The position numbers and the translations under genes are program-made. From Promethearchaeia archaeon (GTDB lineage Archaea > Asgardarchaeota > Lokiarchaeia > Sigyniarchaeales > SOKP01), in contig JAWOCD010000028.1 of assembly GCA_046483985.1 (NCBI GenBank), forward strand, positions 1 through 64,000: a DNA stretch of 64,000 bases, given 5' to 3'. Below, piece by piece: positions 38,418-48,744 of the stretch; within the stretch, counting starts at the first letter, position 1, and each line of letters starts with the position of its first letter. The notes under the pieces are model-generated. The model was not told the origin of the DNA. It did no database searches and was given only the letters and a program-made list of their open reading frames with translations.

Positions 38418-38558
38418 TAATCCTCCAATAGTTTTATTTGAAGAATTCTCCTTTTAATTTTAATTTAATTGAATTGTTTAGAATCTTTTTTATAATTGAT
38501 TAAATGATGAGGATAAGGACTCTTAGAAATCAAGCCTCTCGTGGAGAAAGGACTTCTA

Positions 38559-40100
38559 TCATAAGATTTCTGAAATGTCACGATATAATAAATCTTTGTT
38601 TTGTTGGAAATCCTCTTGGGTAATAAATAATCGTTGAAATGAAGGCAGACTCCCTAAAATTGATGCTCCATCGAATATCGACGTTTGTAAATTTTCTGGG
38701 ATATAAAATTTAATAATATTTTCAGATTCTTCGTAAAATCCTGTAAATTCTTTAGCTTCAGGAGCTTTTTCAACTTTTTCTTCTACGGGTCCTAAATCTG
38801 GTTCTTCTGGTATATTTTTTCCGCAATAAGGACAAAATCTGGATGTGGAGTCAGTAATCTTTTTATTACAATGCGGACAAATTAATTCTTCAGGTGTTTC
38901 TTCTTTTTTAGCTCCTTTTTCATCTTCCATATTAATGGCAATCGGAATTTTGGGGATTTTCATCTTCGCACCACATTGGGGACAAAATTCGTTATCATCC
39001 GATAAATCTATTAACTCTCCACACTTTGGACAAGTATCTGTCTTCTTTTCTTTCCCCTCTACTGGCTGTAACCCTTGTTTTTCTTGCGTGGTACCAATCT
39101 CCTTACTGCCCGCTGGTTTTGGAATGGGTCCTAGTTGAGGAAGGCTTTTTTTTAATTCTTGCTTAAACCGTTCTGTGAAACCACTATACGATAAATTCCC
39201 ACCCGAAAGTACTATATGGGATAATAGATCTCCCCAATAAGTCTTTTCCATCATTTGCAAGCTGTAAATGGTCGCTTGCGTGATATTCTTCATATTATAT
39301 CCCAACATTCCTGGTTGAAATAAGACTTCGGGAGCCTCATAAAGAATATGATTGGGAATTTGTATAATTGATCCATCTGGCATCGAGTATTCTAACGCAT
39401 CACGTGTTTCATTCGGATTATCCGGATCAAGCACCATATAACAGTTTTTTTCCTTTATCTCTTGGATGATTTGTTCTAATGCGGAAGCATCTAAATTTAT
39501 TCCTTCACGCATCAAGAGTGATTTAAAATTATGATTCACATCTATCCCAGCTAAATAAAGTCTTTGAGTAGCTTGTTCCATAATTTGTCCATCAATAATG
39601 GGAACTGTCCATGTTACCCCGTCTCCAGATTCTACCACTAAACCGGTAGTGAGCCCTATAGAGAACATTGATAAGAGAGGAGAAGGAACCATAACTAAAC
39701 TTTTCACGCTATGAGTTTCGAATAATACGCGTGCAATATATTCCTTCGTTTCTTTGGCGACAAAGGGATGCTCGACATAAATAACGGGATATTCGGCCAC
39801 ACTTTCCAGCCGCAGTAGATTATAGAAGATATGATTTAATATTTCATAATAGTCATTCCAATCTTGAATTTGTCCCCGTTCAATTGGTCTTTCCAATTTG
39901 AGGACCCCTCGCATATTCATTGCATCATTACCGACGTATAAATTTCTTGCATCTACATCCACCATGACCGTTTGATATTTTTCTGTACCAGTTATACATG
40001 GAAATATATATCTTGGCTCAGAATCACCGGCATACCCTACTTTTACATAGGCACTCCCCACATCAATAATTATAGGTGTTCCTTCTTCTGGTTCAGACAT
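38559..40100 (-). CDS. Asgard actin-related protein with inserted double zinc-ribbon domain
   Basis: IIIDVGSAYVKVGYAG, PIERG, LFETH, TTGLVVESGDGVT, IKEK, PEVLFQP, VLSGG and GASILGSL motifs; four CxxC pairs inserted near the C-terminus. Confidence 0.92.
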   Translation of the reverse strand: MSEPEEGTPIIIDVGSAYVKVGYAGDSEPRYIFPCITGTEKYQTVMVDVDARNLYVGNDAMNMRGVLKLERPIERGQIQDWNDYYEILNHIFYNLLRLESVAEYPVIYVEHPFVAKETKEYIARVLFETHSVKSLVMVPSPLLSMFSIGLTTGLVVESGDGVTWTVPIIDGQIMEQATQRLYLAGIDVNHNFKSLLMREGINLDASALEQIIQEIKEKNCYMVLDPDNPNETRDALEYSMPDGSIIQIPNHILYEAPEVLFQPGMLGYNMKNITQATIYSLQMMEKTYWGDLLSHIVLSGGNLSYSGFTERFKQELKKSLPQLGPIPKPAGSKEIGTTQEKQGLQPVEGKEKKTDTCPKCGELIDLSDDNEFCPQCGAKMKIPKIPIAINMEDEKGAKKEETPEELICPHCNKKITDSTSRFCPYCGKNIPEEPDLGPVEEKVEKAPEAKEFTGFYEESENIIKFYIPENLQTSIFDGASILGSLPSFQRLFITQEDFQQNKDLLYRDISEIL

Positions 40101-40193
40101 AAGTTATCTATCAAGTGTTTTTTTGTTAAATTTCAATTAAAATTATCATTTATCAATATAAATATTAATAAGGTTTCTCATAATTAAATGCTT

Positions 40194-40628
40194 TTAATCA
40201 TCCGCTATTAGATAATCATATAAATTTCTTAGAATTTGTTTTTGAAGCAAAAGACCAACCAAATGATCTTTATTATCCACCACTGGAAGCCGTTCTACAC
40301 CATATTTAAACATTTTCTCCAAAGCTTCCTTAATTATATTATTTTGTTTTACGCAATAGGGGTTTGCAGTCATTAAATCCTTTACTATGGTAAAGGGTGA
40401 TTCTAATGATAAAGCAAATCTGGCTAAACGTATATCTCTTTGAGTAATAATCCCAATCACCTGTTTTAATTGTGGATCATTGACAACGGGTAAACCCCCA
40501 ATTTTTTTTTTTAACATATATAATTCTGTTTTACTTATTTTTTCATCTGGAAATGTAAAATAAGGTTCTTTTATCATTACATCCTTTACTTTAAGATCGC
40601 CGAATTTTTTTAGACTTTTATTTCCCAT
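40194..40628 (-). CDS. CBS domain pair protein
   Basis: VKDVM...GLPVV...GIITQRDI and VKDLMT...RLPVVD. Confidence 0.9.
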   Translation of the reverse strand: MGNKSLKKFGDLKVKDVMIKEPYFTFPDEKISKTELYMLKKKIGGLPVVNDPQLKQVIGIITQRDIRLARFALSLESPFTIVKDLMTANPYCVKQNNIIKEALEKMFKYGVERLPVVDNKDHLVGLLLQKQILRNLYDYLIADD

Positions 40629-40722
40629 AATCTTTTCCTTTACTCACAGAATTATTCGTTGATTATGATTTTAAAATGTAATCTCTTGTGTGAAGATAAT
40701 TCATTTTTTAATTAAAATCTAT

Positions 40723-41106
40723 TTATTCACTATTGAGAATTGAATTTCTAATTTTTTTTTCCATTTTGTTTATTTTAGAGTCTAATTTCTCAAATATATT
40801 CAGAATTGTTTTACCCCATTCATTCAATTTAATGAATCCACCACCTCCCGCCCCTCCTTTCCCAGTAATAACGGGAGATTGACCGGTTCTTTTTTCTATT
40901 CGCTTTAAGATATTCCATGCGTATTTGTATGAATAGCCACACTTTTGAGCGGCGTCGGTTAGGGAGGTTACATCATCATCATGAATATTCTGTAATAAAT
41001 TTGCCCATCCTTTTCCTAATATATTTTCATCATTGTAGCTTAACCAATATTTTATTCCAAAGGAAATATTTTTCTTCAATTTTTCTAAATTGGGTTCATT
41101 ATCCAT
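40723..41106 (-). CDS. ModE N-terminal-like winged-helix regulator
   Basis: SLTDAAQKCGYSYKYAW and GGAGGGGFIKLNEWG; no molybdate-binding domain. Confidence 0.85.
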   Translation of the reverse strand: MDNEPNLEKLKKNISFGIKYWLSYNDENILGKGWANLLQNIHDDDVTSLTDAAQKCGYSYKYAWNILKRIEKRTGQSPVITGKGGAGGGGFIKLNEWGKTILNIFEKLDSKINKMEKKIRNSILNSE

Positions 41107-41243
41107 TGTTCTATTGTAATGATATAGGAAATTTTATATAATTTATCTTTGTATCCTCACATTTTCTTTTTTCAATTATAAACGAAAAAAATTAAAGTTA
41201 TCTCATTTTTATCTCTTTAAAACTTGGGAACAGTTATAGAAAA

Positions 41244-41993
41244 ATGTTTAGAACAAATACTAATTCCATTAAGAAAGGAACTGCAGTTACCGATAAAGTT
41301 TACTTCTTCTCTGAATTGCCCATGTTGGATTGCAACCAAATTGTTGTTGAAAGCCCCGATAAGAAGAACTTGACTTTATTCGATGCTGGAAATGGCTTAT
41401 CGTTAAATTCATTAATTAAAGGCATGAAGAAGAAGGATTTAAGTCCTCAAAACATTAAACGTGTATATCTTACTCATGAGCATTTGGACCATGTAATTGG
41501 GTTATATCCGCTACTGGATATGTTAAAAGATCACCCCCCTGAACTCTATGCCTATGGAGTAACCGCGAGGATTCTAGAGGAGGGGGACCAGTCCAAGATC
41601 ATCCCTGCCAACTTGGGAGTAAGTCCAGATCGTTTTGGGATTACAATAAGACCTTTAAATGTCAACGATATCAAGGATAAGAAGGCTGTGGAACTGGACG
41701 ATGAGTTTAGGCTGAAACTTTATCATACTCCGGGACATTCTGAGGGATCTGTGACATATTATGAACCAGATAAGAAGATTTTGATTCCGGGCGATCTCGT
41801 CTTTGCGGGGGGATCATTTGGGAGGTATGATTTTCCTGGAGGTTCCTTAAAAAACCTTCAAGATTCCATCGAATTTGTGAATACTTTAGATGTAAAATAC
41901 CTACTCCCAGGTCACATGAATTATAGTTCGAAGGGCAACCAAGAAATTGAACGCTCAAATAAGGTCGTCCATTCTTTAGGAAGCAATTTCTAA
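41244..41993 (+). CDS. Metallo-beta-lactamase-fold hydrolase
   Basis: THEHLDH, TPGHS, GD, GRYDFPGG and PGH motifs. Confidence 0.92.
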   Translation: MFRTNTNSIKKGTAVTDKVYFFSELPMLDCNQIVVESPDKKNLTLFDAGNGLSLNSLIKGMKKKDLSPQNIKRVYLTHEHLDHVIGLYPLLDMLKDHPPELYAYGVTARILEEGDQSKIIPANLGVSPDRFGITIRPLNVNDIKDKKAVELDDEFRLKLYHTPGHSEGSVTYYEPDKKILIPGDLVFAGGSFGRYDFPGGSLKNLQDSIEFVNTLDVKYLLPGHMNYSSKGNQEIERSNKVVHSLGSNF

Positions 41994-42174
41994 GTTCGTG
42001 GTTTCTTTTCTTATTTGTTAGGAATATAATTCTTTAAAAGTAGAATCTCTATATAAGCCAAATATAGAAAATCTTGTGCTTTTTTCATTTTTAGAATTTT
42101 TAAAATAACACATTAGAAAATACAATTATTAATATAAAGAAAGAATTCATATATAATAACATAAACAATCTAGA

Positions 42175-42876
42175 GTGAAAAAAAAAATGTCTGAAGAAAC
42201 TGAAATGTCTGAAGAAACTAGAGAAGTTGAGGCTAGTCCAAAGGATGATGTTGAACAAGTGACCTTAAGAAATCTATCTAAAGCCATCTTTTTCTATCCG
42301 CTCTTTTTCACGTCACTGGTACTCGGGCTTATCCAGATGTTTGTAGGGGAACCAATTCCTATACTAGCCAATTTTTGGATTTCTATCTTTTTCCTTAACC
42401 TTTTCGTCATTGCATTCGATTTCAATTCAACTAAATTCTTTGTCTTGATTTTGGGAATTATAGTGATAGCCCTCTTAGTTATCTTTCTGGTGTTTCCAAA
42501 TATAGATTTACCGGAAATAGATATAGAGTTTACAATTGTAATGAGTGCAGAATTCTACTTGGTAATGACCATTCTTTTGGGAATAATTTTAGGTCTGATC
42601 ATCCTATCATCTAGATTCGACTATTGGACCATTGAACGAAATGAGATTTATCATAAAACTGGACTCCTTGGTGATGCAAAACGATACCCTATGGAGAATT
42701 TCAGATTTGAAAAAGAAATTCCGGATGTATTTGAACTTCTTTCCCTGAAAGCAGGGTCTATTACGTTAAAACCCGATAGACAAACATCCATACGTTTGCG
42801 TACCGTTGTCAATGTCAATGAAAAGGAAGAGCAATTGGACTACCTCTTAAGTCGTAAACATGTTCAAGTTGACTAG
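42175..42876 (+). CDS. Membrane protein with C-terminal bacterial PH-like domain
   Basis: Four TM helices followed by YWTIERNEIYHKTGLLG...AGSITL. Confidence 0.7.
   Translation: MKKKMSEETEMSEETREVEASPKDDVEQVTLRNLSKAIFFYPLFFTSLVLGLIQMFVGEPIPILANFWISIFFLNLFVIAFDFNSTKFFVLILGIIVIALLVIFLVFPNIDLPEIDIEFTIVMSAEFYLVMTILLGIILGLIILSSRFDYWTIERNEIYHKTGLLGDAKRYPMENFRFEKEIPDVFELLSLKAGSITLKPDRQTSIRLRTVVNVNEKEEQLDYLLSRKHVQVD
42187..42219 (+). repeat. 18-bp-period tandem duplication of the gene start
   Basis: ATGTCTGAAGAAACT occurs twice, encoding MSEETE-MSEETR. Confidence 0.8.
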
Positions 42877-43029
42877 ATCAATTAGATTTGATCCTCAAAA
42901 GTTTTATAATTAATTTTTTTCTTTTTAATCAATATTTCTTAAAGCCCCTTCCAACAGCAAAGAATTCGAAAAATACTGGCTTTTGTAGCAATATATTTAA
43001 AATAAATACGTTATTTTATCTATTAATTT

Positions 43030-43740
43030 ATGGTAAAGAATATCTGCTTATTTGACTTCGATGGAGTACTTTTAACTCAAAGGGCCTTAGAATATACCGC
43101 TTTAAAACTCCTCAAAAACGATTTTTATCAATGGACAAATGTGGAAGACTTGCGTTTAATTGATTTTGCGAAAATGTTTGAAGAAGCAGATTCAAAAGGC
43201 TCAAGGAGTTCCCTTATCAATATTTACCGAGCCTATAAACCGTATATTCCCAGTAGATGGCGTCGTTTAGTGTTCTTTTATGTGTTTAGTAGAAATTATC
43301 GCAAATATGAAAAGATCTATGAAACACTAAAACCGGGATTAAGGAATGTGTTAACTTCCTTGAAAGAGCATCACATCTTGCTCGGGATAGTCTCAAATAC
43401 CAGCAGAGACCGGTTGGATTATTTTGCTGAAAAATTTAATCTACATAATTATTTTTCAGTGTTAATATCTCGGGATGATGTTCTTTTTCGAAAACCCCAT
43501 AAGTACCCCATCCTTTTGGCAATCCACAAGATCGTTCGCAAACACAACCTTCAATCCGTCTCAAAGGACCACATTTATTTTGTAGGGGATTTACCGTCGG
43601 ATATTCAAAGTGCAAATCACGCAGGTATCAAAAGTGTGGCTGTACTCTCCGGACACGGAAGTCGAGAAGAATTATTTAAGACTAATCCTGATTATTCTAT
43701 AAAGAGTATTCATGGATTGAAAAAATTATTATTAAAATAA
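43030..43740 (+). CDS. HAD-superfamily hydrolase (phosphoglycolate phosphatase-like)
   Basis: FDFDGVL, VSN, KP and VGDLPSD motifs. Confidence 0.9.
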   Translation: MVKNICLFDFDGVLLTQRALEYTALKLLKNDFYQWTNVEDLRLIDFAKMFEEADSKGSRSSLINIYRAYKPYIPSRWRRLVFFYVFSRNYRKYEKIYETLKPGLRNVLTSLKEHHILLGIVSNTSRDRLDYFAEKFNLHNYFSVLISRDDVLFRKPHKYPILLAIHKIVRKHNLQSVSKDHIYFVGDLPSDIQSANHAGIKSVAVLSGHGSREELFKTNPDYSIKSIHGLKKLLLK

Positions 43741-43752
43741 TTATTTGTTAAT

Positions 43753-46503
43753 GTGAAAATGGCTAATATATATTTCGAGATCGATAATTTCAGCAAATAT
43801 GAAGATTTAGATAAATACATAAAGAAACTAAATAAATATCTACGGAAAGATAAAGAAAGGAAAATTAACAAAATATTCGATAAATTTAAGGACTTTATTG
43901 AAGAAGATCAGTTTATTATCCCTATTACATATATATTAAGCATTTTGGCTGAAGAAAAAATTGATTTAATCGAAGAGGATATAATATCGGCCATCACCCC
44001 TTATCTTGAGAGTGACGATATAAAATTAAGAACGAATTCGATAATTATTCTCGGCTTTTATCTTCTACAGCATCCTTCTTTAATTAAAGAATATTTCAAC
44101 GAATTTACGGAACTTTTAATGGAAGGATCTCCAGATTTAAAGGAGAATGGCTATTATTTCTTGCAAAAATTTATTGAAATTAATCCAAAACTCATTAAGA
44201 ACTATAAAAATTTACTCTTAAAAGCATTAAAAAAGGAAAAAGAGAAAAAAAATATTATCTCCTTGCTTACTTTTTTGAATGAGTGTGATATTTTAAACTT
44301 TAAGCAAACTTTCAAGCTTAGAGAAATCCTTATCCAACTTTTAAAAAAATATCAAAAGAGAGACAATCCAAAATTTGCAGCGATATTGCACTCACTGATT
44401 CCGAAATTCTTTCAAACGATAGATCCATCTGAAGTTAAAGACAGCACTAATCAACAGATGATAGACCTATTAAATAAGCATTTTATAATGAATAAATACA
44501 ATTTTACCAAGATTTCTAAGAAAAGAAAAATCAGATTTAAAACATTCTTAAAAAAATTTAAACAGACAAGGCTTAAAGAAGAAGAAATCTATTTTTATGC
44601 TAAAGATCACGATAGAAATATCATTTTCTTTTTTGAACTTGAAAAGGATAAACTCTATGAGTATTTTCAAAATCCTGATGAAAAAATACCTCGAAGCGAG
44701 ATATTAAAAGAATTTTCATCCATTTTAGAAGGAGAGGAGGACCTGGAACTTTTCATTACTACCTTAACAAAATTAGGGATTATCAAGGGGTATCTCTCTG
44801 AATTTTACTATTATCCGTTAGATTTTCTAAAACAACAGATATTAGAGACGTTGGAGAAGAAGGGAATTGTAAAACTAAAAAATTATAAATTTTTACCCCC
44901 TAAATTCATCAAAACAATTCTTTCCAATGCGGATTCTGAAGACAACATTACCATTCTAACTGGAAAGGGACACAAAAGTTATTATTCACTTAAATTGATA
45001 CAAAACCAAATAAATTCAGAATCTGCAAGATATAATGTGATTGATCTCTCAGAATTTCAAAACCGATTAATTAAAAGGGATTTTATTAAATTGATAAAAA
45101 GGTTACCAGAAGGATACCTTACGGATATCCATAAAGGAACAGTCTGGTTAACCAATATTGGACTAATAAAAATCAAAAATGCGATTGAGGATTCGAAAGT
45201 CATAGGATTTTTAGATCTAAAGAAAATATCTGAAAAGTTAGAAATAAAAAAAGATATTTTAGTAGAAGTTCTTAAGGAATTCATTGATTTTCGAAGCGGA
45301 GTATGGGATAATGGTAAGGAAACATTTTATTATTCGAAATATATAAAGGAAAGAATTAATAATATTGCAAAAATCGCTGAGAAGGAAAAGCAAAACAAAC
45401 AAATTATTAATCTTTCAGAAGAGCTAAATATTTCACGGAAACGAATTTTAACAAAATTAGAAGAAAATTATCAATTGATCGGGGAAGAAATAAAAAAGAA
45501 AGACCAGATTAGAATCAGCGAATATATAGAAAAGTTGGGGATGAAATCAGATCAATTTATGAAATTCATTAAAGATTTGGACATAAATTTCTTGAAGAAA
45601 GGAGATCTCCTCATATTTGAGGATAAAAAAATTGAATCCGCCCAAAAAGAACTTAAAAGTACACTTATTAAGAATGCAAAAGAGAAAGAATATTTTGATT
45701 TAGAAGAATTTGAAATTAATGCCAGTTTGGTAACAGAACTCCTACAACAACTCATTGACGAGGGGAAACTTAATGGCATCTTTTACAACACAGAGGATGG
45801 AAAGTTTTTTTACACCGTAAAAGGCATCCAGAATATGATGTTAGGTACAGAGATTACCTTATACTTTGAAGATTTATTTTACGGAAAGGAATTAAATGAA
45901 AGAGAGATTGCATTATTGAAAAAAATTCTTAAGGGTTTGATTAAATCAGGTGAATTAAAAGGAACATTCGACGAAGAACAACTTGCCTTTTCTCGAGAAG
46001 TGTTAAAGTTTGCAGATGATTTCTTTGGAACCTTGCAGTCTTTTGAAAGGATGATAGAAGAATTTCAAGAAAAATTTGATCAAGAATTCCAGGAAATCAA
46101 ATCCATTCTTACTAAAAAGGAGGATGTAATTTATCCTCAAGAAATTAAAATTGTGGAGAAATCAGTGAAAAGAATTAAGAAACATTATCTGGGCTGGCAA
46201 AATAGGATTGATGCATTTATTCATCGCCATAATAAACGACTTTTAAAAGAACAAGGATATTCAATAAGTAGATATAATGGATTAGCAGCGGACGAAAAGC
46301 AAGAGATTCGGTCTTTTAAAGACGATGAAAGAGTAGAACAGCTTGTTGAGGGCTTTGACCAATGGGTTCGACTCTTTAAAGAAATTGAAAACAATTACGG
46401 AAAAATTATTTTTAATCAAAAAAAGATTCAGCGGAATCCTGAAAATCAAGAAGCTCGGGAAAAGTTAGAGGAAATGCTATACAGGCTAAATATGGAATCT
46501 TAA
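43753..46503 (+). CDS. Large HEAT-repeat plus tandem winged-helix/PCI-like protein
   Basis: N-terminal HEAT-like helices; repeated LxxxGxIxG segments (LTKLGIIKGY, LIDEGKLNGIF, LIKSGELKGTFD); C-terminal coiled coil. Confidence 0.7.
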   Translation: MKMANIYFEIDNFSKYEDLDKYIKKLNKYLRKDKERKINKIFDKFKDFIEEDQFIIPITYILSILAEEKIDLIEEDIISAITPYLESDDIKLRTNSIIILGFYLLQHPSLIKEYFNEFTELLMEGSPDLKENGYYFLQKFIEINPKLIKNYKNLLLKALKKEKEKKNIISLLTFLNECDILNFKQTFKLREILIQLLKKYQKRDNPKFAAILHSLIPKFFQTIDPSEVKDSTNQQMIDLLNKHFIMNKYNFTKISKKRKIRFKTFLKKFKQTRLKEEEIYFYAKDHDRNIIFFFELEKDKLYEYFQNPDEKIPRSEILKEFSSILEGEEDLELFITTLTKLGIIKGYLSEFYYYPLDFLKQQILETLEKKGIVKLKNYKFLPPKFIKTILSNADSEDNITILTGKGHKSYYSLKLIQNQINSESARYNVIDLSEFQNRLIKRDFIKLIKRLPEGYLTDIHKGTVWLTNIGLIKIKNAIEDSKVIGFLDLKKISEKLEIKKDILVEVLKEFIDFRSGVWDNGKETFYYSKYIKERINNIAKIAEKEKQNKQIINLSEELNISRKRILTKLEENYQLIGEEIKKKDQIRISEYIEKLGMKSDQFMKFIKDLDINFLKKGDLLIFEDKKIESAQKELKSTLIKNAKEKEYFDLEEFEINASLVTELLQQLIDEGKLNGIFYNTEDGKFFYTVKGIQNMMLGTEITLYFEDLFYGKELNEREIALLKKILKGLIKSGELKGTFDEEQLAFSREVLKFADDFFGTLQSFERMIEEFQEKFDQEFQEIKSILTKKEDVIYPQEIKIVEKSVKRIKKHYLGWQNRIDAFIHRHNKRLLKEQGYSISRYNGLAADEKQEIRSFKDDERVEQLVEGFDQWVRLFKEIENNYGKIIFNQKKIQRNPENQEAREKLEEMLYRLNMES

Positions 46504-46558
46504 TTGAGAGAGTCGTATTTATTTCAAGATTAAAGTTTCTCCTAGTTCAATTTTAGAA

Positions 46559-46852
46559 TTAGTGATTATTATTTTTCTTCTCATTAATTTTTTTTATAAC
46601 CTTTGGGATTTCTATTTTCTTTTTTGGAGTGATTTTATAGGTGAGAGGTTTGGATTTTCCGTTTCGTTCCAACACGTTTTCTTTTTCTAGATACTTTAAA
46701 GACCGCCAAATAAAGTTTATTTTAGATCTGTTCGAGGACTTAATATCATTGCACCGTCGCACTCTTTTCGTGGTCACAGTATAAATATTATTGTCAATTA
46801 ATTTGTTAATTGCTTCTAGAGTTTCCTTTACATTCTTTATGAAGAAATCCAT
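46559..46852 (-). CDS. Small basic winged-helix-like protein
   Basis: 97-aa Lys-rich ORF with IWRSLKYLEKENVL...YKI. Confidence 0.65.
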   Translation of the reverse strand: MDFFIKNVKETLEAINKLIDNNIYTVTTKRVRRCNDIKSSNRSKINFIWRSLKYLEKENVLERNGKSKPLTYKITPKKKIEIPKVIKKINEKKNNNH

Positions 46853-47032
46853 AATGAAGATTATTACCTCTTACCTACCTTAAATGACTTAAAGCTTATA
46901 ATTTCTTTTTTTATAAATGGTTAGGTATCTATAAGATATGGATATATAATTTAATAATATCTAACAATTTAAATGTTATTTTCTTAATTTATATTTTATC
47001 AAAAAAGGAAAAAATAAAAACTGAGTGAACCC

Positions 47033-48637
47033 CTAATGCCTAAATACACGCTTGCCACAAAATACTAATCCACAGTTTAATTCGTTTGCTCTTGCTATTA
47101 CCTTTTCATCACGAATTGACCCCCCGGGATTAATAATACATTTGGCACCAGCTTCTACTGCTGCTTCCAAGCCATCTGGGAAGGGAAAGAAGGAATCAGT
47201 TCCCATTACAGAATCCGTAAGCGCGTTTTCATGCCCAAACTCTTTTGCTTTCCTTGCGGCTAGATTCACAACATGTACACGACTTTGTTGCCCCGCGCCG
47301 ATTCCGATTGTATACATTCCCGTGTTGTAGGTTTGCGCAAAACAAGCAGAATTGGATTTAGCCCACTTACATCCCTTATAGGCAAATATTAAGGCTTCTT
47401 TTTCCTCTTTGGTTATTTTTCTCTCACTCACCACGTCCCAATCTTTTATTACCGATTTATAATCATATTCTTGAACTACTGCGCCCCCGATCATCGACCG
47501 AATTTCAGGATTTTCGTAGATATTTTCTCGTTTATCCAAAAGATCTCCAAATTCTAAAATTCTCATATTCTCCTTCTTCTTTAAAATTTCTAATGCTTCT
47601 TTTTCGAATGAGGGAGCCATAATAACTTCAACGAAAATATTTTCCTCATTGACGATATAATCCGCCACTTCCGTAGTCAATTGTTGATTAACCCCCCAAA
47701 TCCCGCCGAAAGCCGACATTGGATCGCAGCTGAAAGCCCGTTTTACAGAGGTTAATTGATTTTCCTTGTCAATAGCCATTCCGTTGGGTGATGTGTGTTT
47801 TAAGATGGCGGTGGTATAATGCTCTGTTCCATAATCCAATAAGATCTGAAAACAAGAATCTATATCCAAATAATTATTAAAAGAGATTTGTTTTCCTCCT
47901 AATTTTTTAAAATTATGGAGACCGTATTTCGCGGAGATATCCTTATAAAAAGCTGCTTGCTGGTCCCAATTTTCACCATAGCGACAATCTTGTACTTTTT
48001 TATAGACTTTTATTAGATATTCTCCCAATAATTTATCGGGGTTATAATATTGTTGTAAATAATCTGCGATGGCAGCATTATAATCTGCCATGATTGCAAA
48101 GACTTCTTGTGCAAGAGAGGCACGAATGGTATTGCCGATTTTACCGTCATTTTTTTTTAGTTCGTCTAGAATTGATTGATAATGTTCTTGGCTGGGAACC
48201 ACTATCACATCAGGAAAATTTTTTGCAGCAGCTCTTATCATTGTTGGACCCCCGATATCAATCATTTCTAAAGCATCTTTAAGTTCAATATTGGGTTTTC
48301 TTATTGCTTCCTTAAACTGATATAAATTGCATACAACCATATCAATAGGAGGGATATTATATTCTTCGGCATCTTTTACATCTTGTTCATTTTCCCTGCG
48401 GTAAAGGATCCCCCCCTCGACTTTTGGATGAAGGGTTTTTACTCGACCCTCAAACATCTCAGGCGAGCCGGTATATTCAGAGATCTGAGTTACGTCAATC
48501 CCGTTTTTTTCCAATAATCGTCCAGTTCCTCCCGTTGACAGAATTTCGACTTTATATTTATCCACCAATTCTTCGACAAATTCAACAACCCCTTCTTTGT
48601 CAAATACTGACACTAATACTCGTTCAATTTTCTTCAT
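47033..48637 (-). CDS. purH: Bifunctional AICAR transformylase / IMP cyclohydrolase
   Basis: STGGT, GRVKTLHP, IDIGGPTMIRAAAKN, RYGEN, GAGQQSR, FFPFPD and RVFRH motifs. Confidence 0.97.
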   Translation of the reverse strand: MKKIERVLVSVFDKEGVVEFVEELVDKYKVEILSTGGTGRLLEKNGIDVTQISEYTGSPEMFEGRVKTLHPKVEGGILYRRENEQDVKDAEEYNIPPIDMVVCNLYQFKEAIRKPNIELKDALEMIDIGGPTMIRAAAKNFPDVIVVPSQEHYQSILDELKKNDGKIGNTIRASLAQEVFAIMADYNAAIADYLQQYYNPDKLLGEYLIKVYKKVQDCRYGENWDQQAAFYKDISAKYGLHNFKKLGGKQISFNNYLDIDSCFQILLDYGTEHYTTAILKHTSPNGMAIDKENQLTSVKRAFSCDPMSAFGGIWGVNQQLTTEVADYIVNEENIFVEVIMAPSFEKEALEILKKKENMRILEFGDLLDKRENIYENPEIRSMIGGAVVQEYDYKSVIKDWDVVSERKITKEEKEALIFAYKGCKWAKSNSACFAQTYNTGMYTIGIGAGQQSRVHVVNLAARKAKEFGHENALTDSVMGTDSFFPFPDGLEAAVEAGAKCIINPGGSIRDEKVIARANELNCGLVFCGKRVFRH

Positions 48638-48744
48638 AGTCTTTCAAATCTATTTCTTATTTTTCAAATTTCACATATAAATTGAGAACTTTAGTAATTC
48701 TGAAGGTTAAAAATTATTTAATAATTTGTTAATAACAAAAAAAA

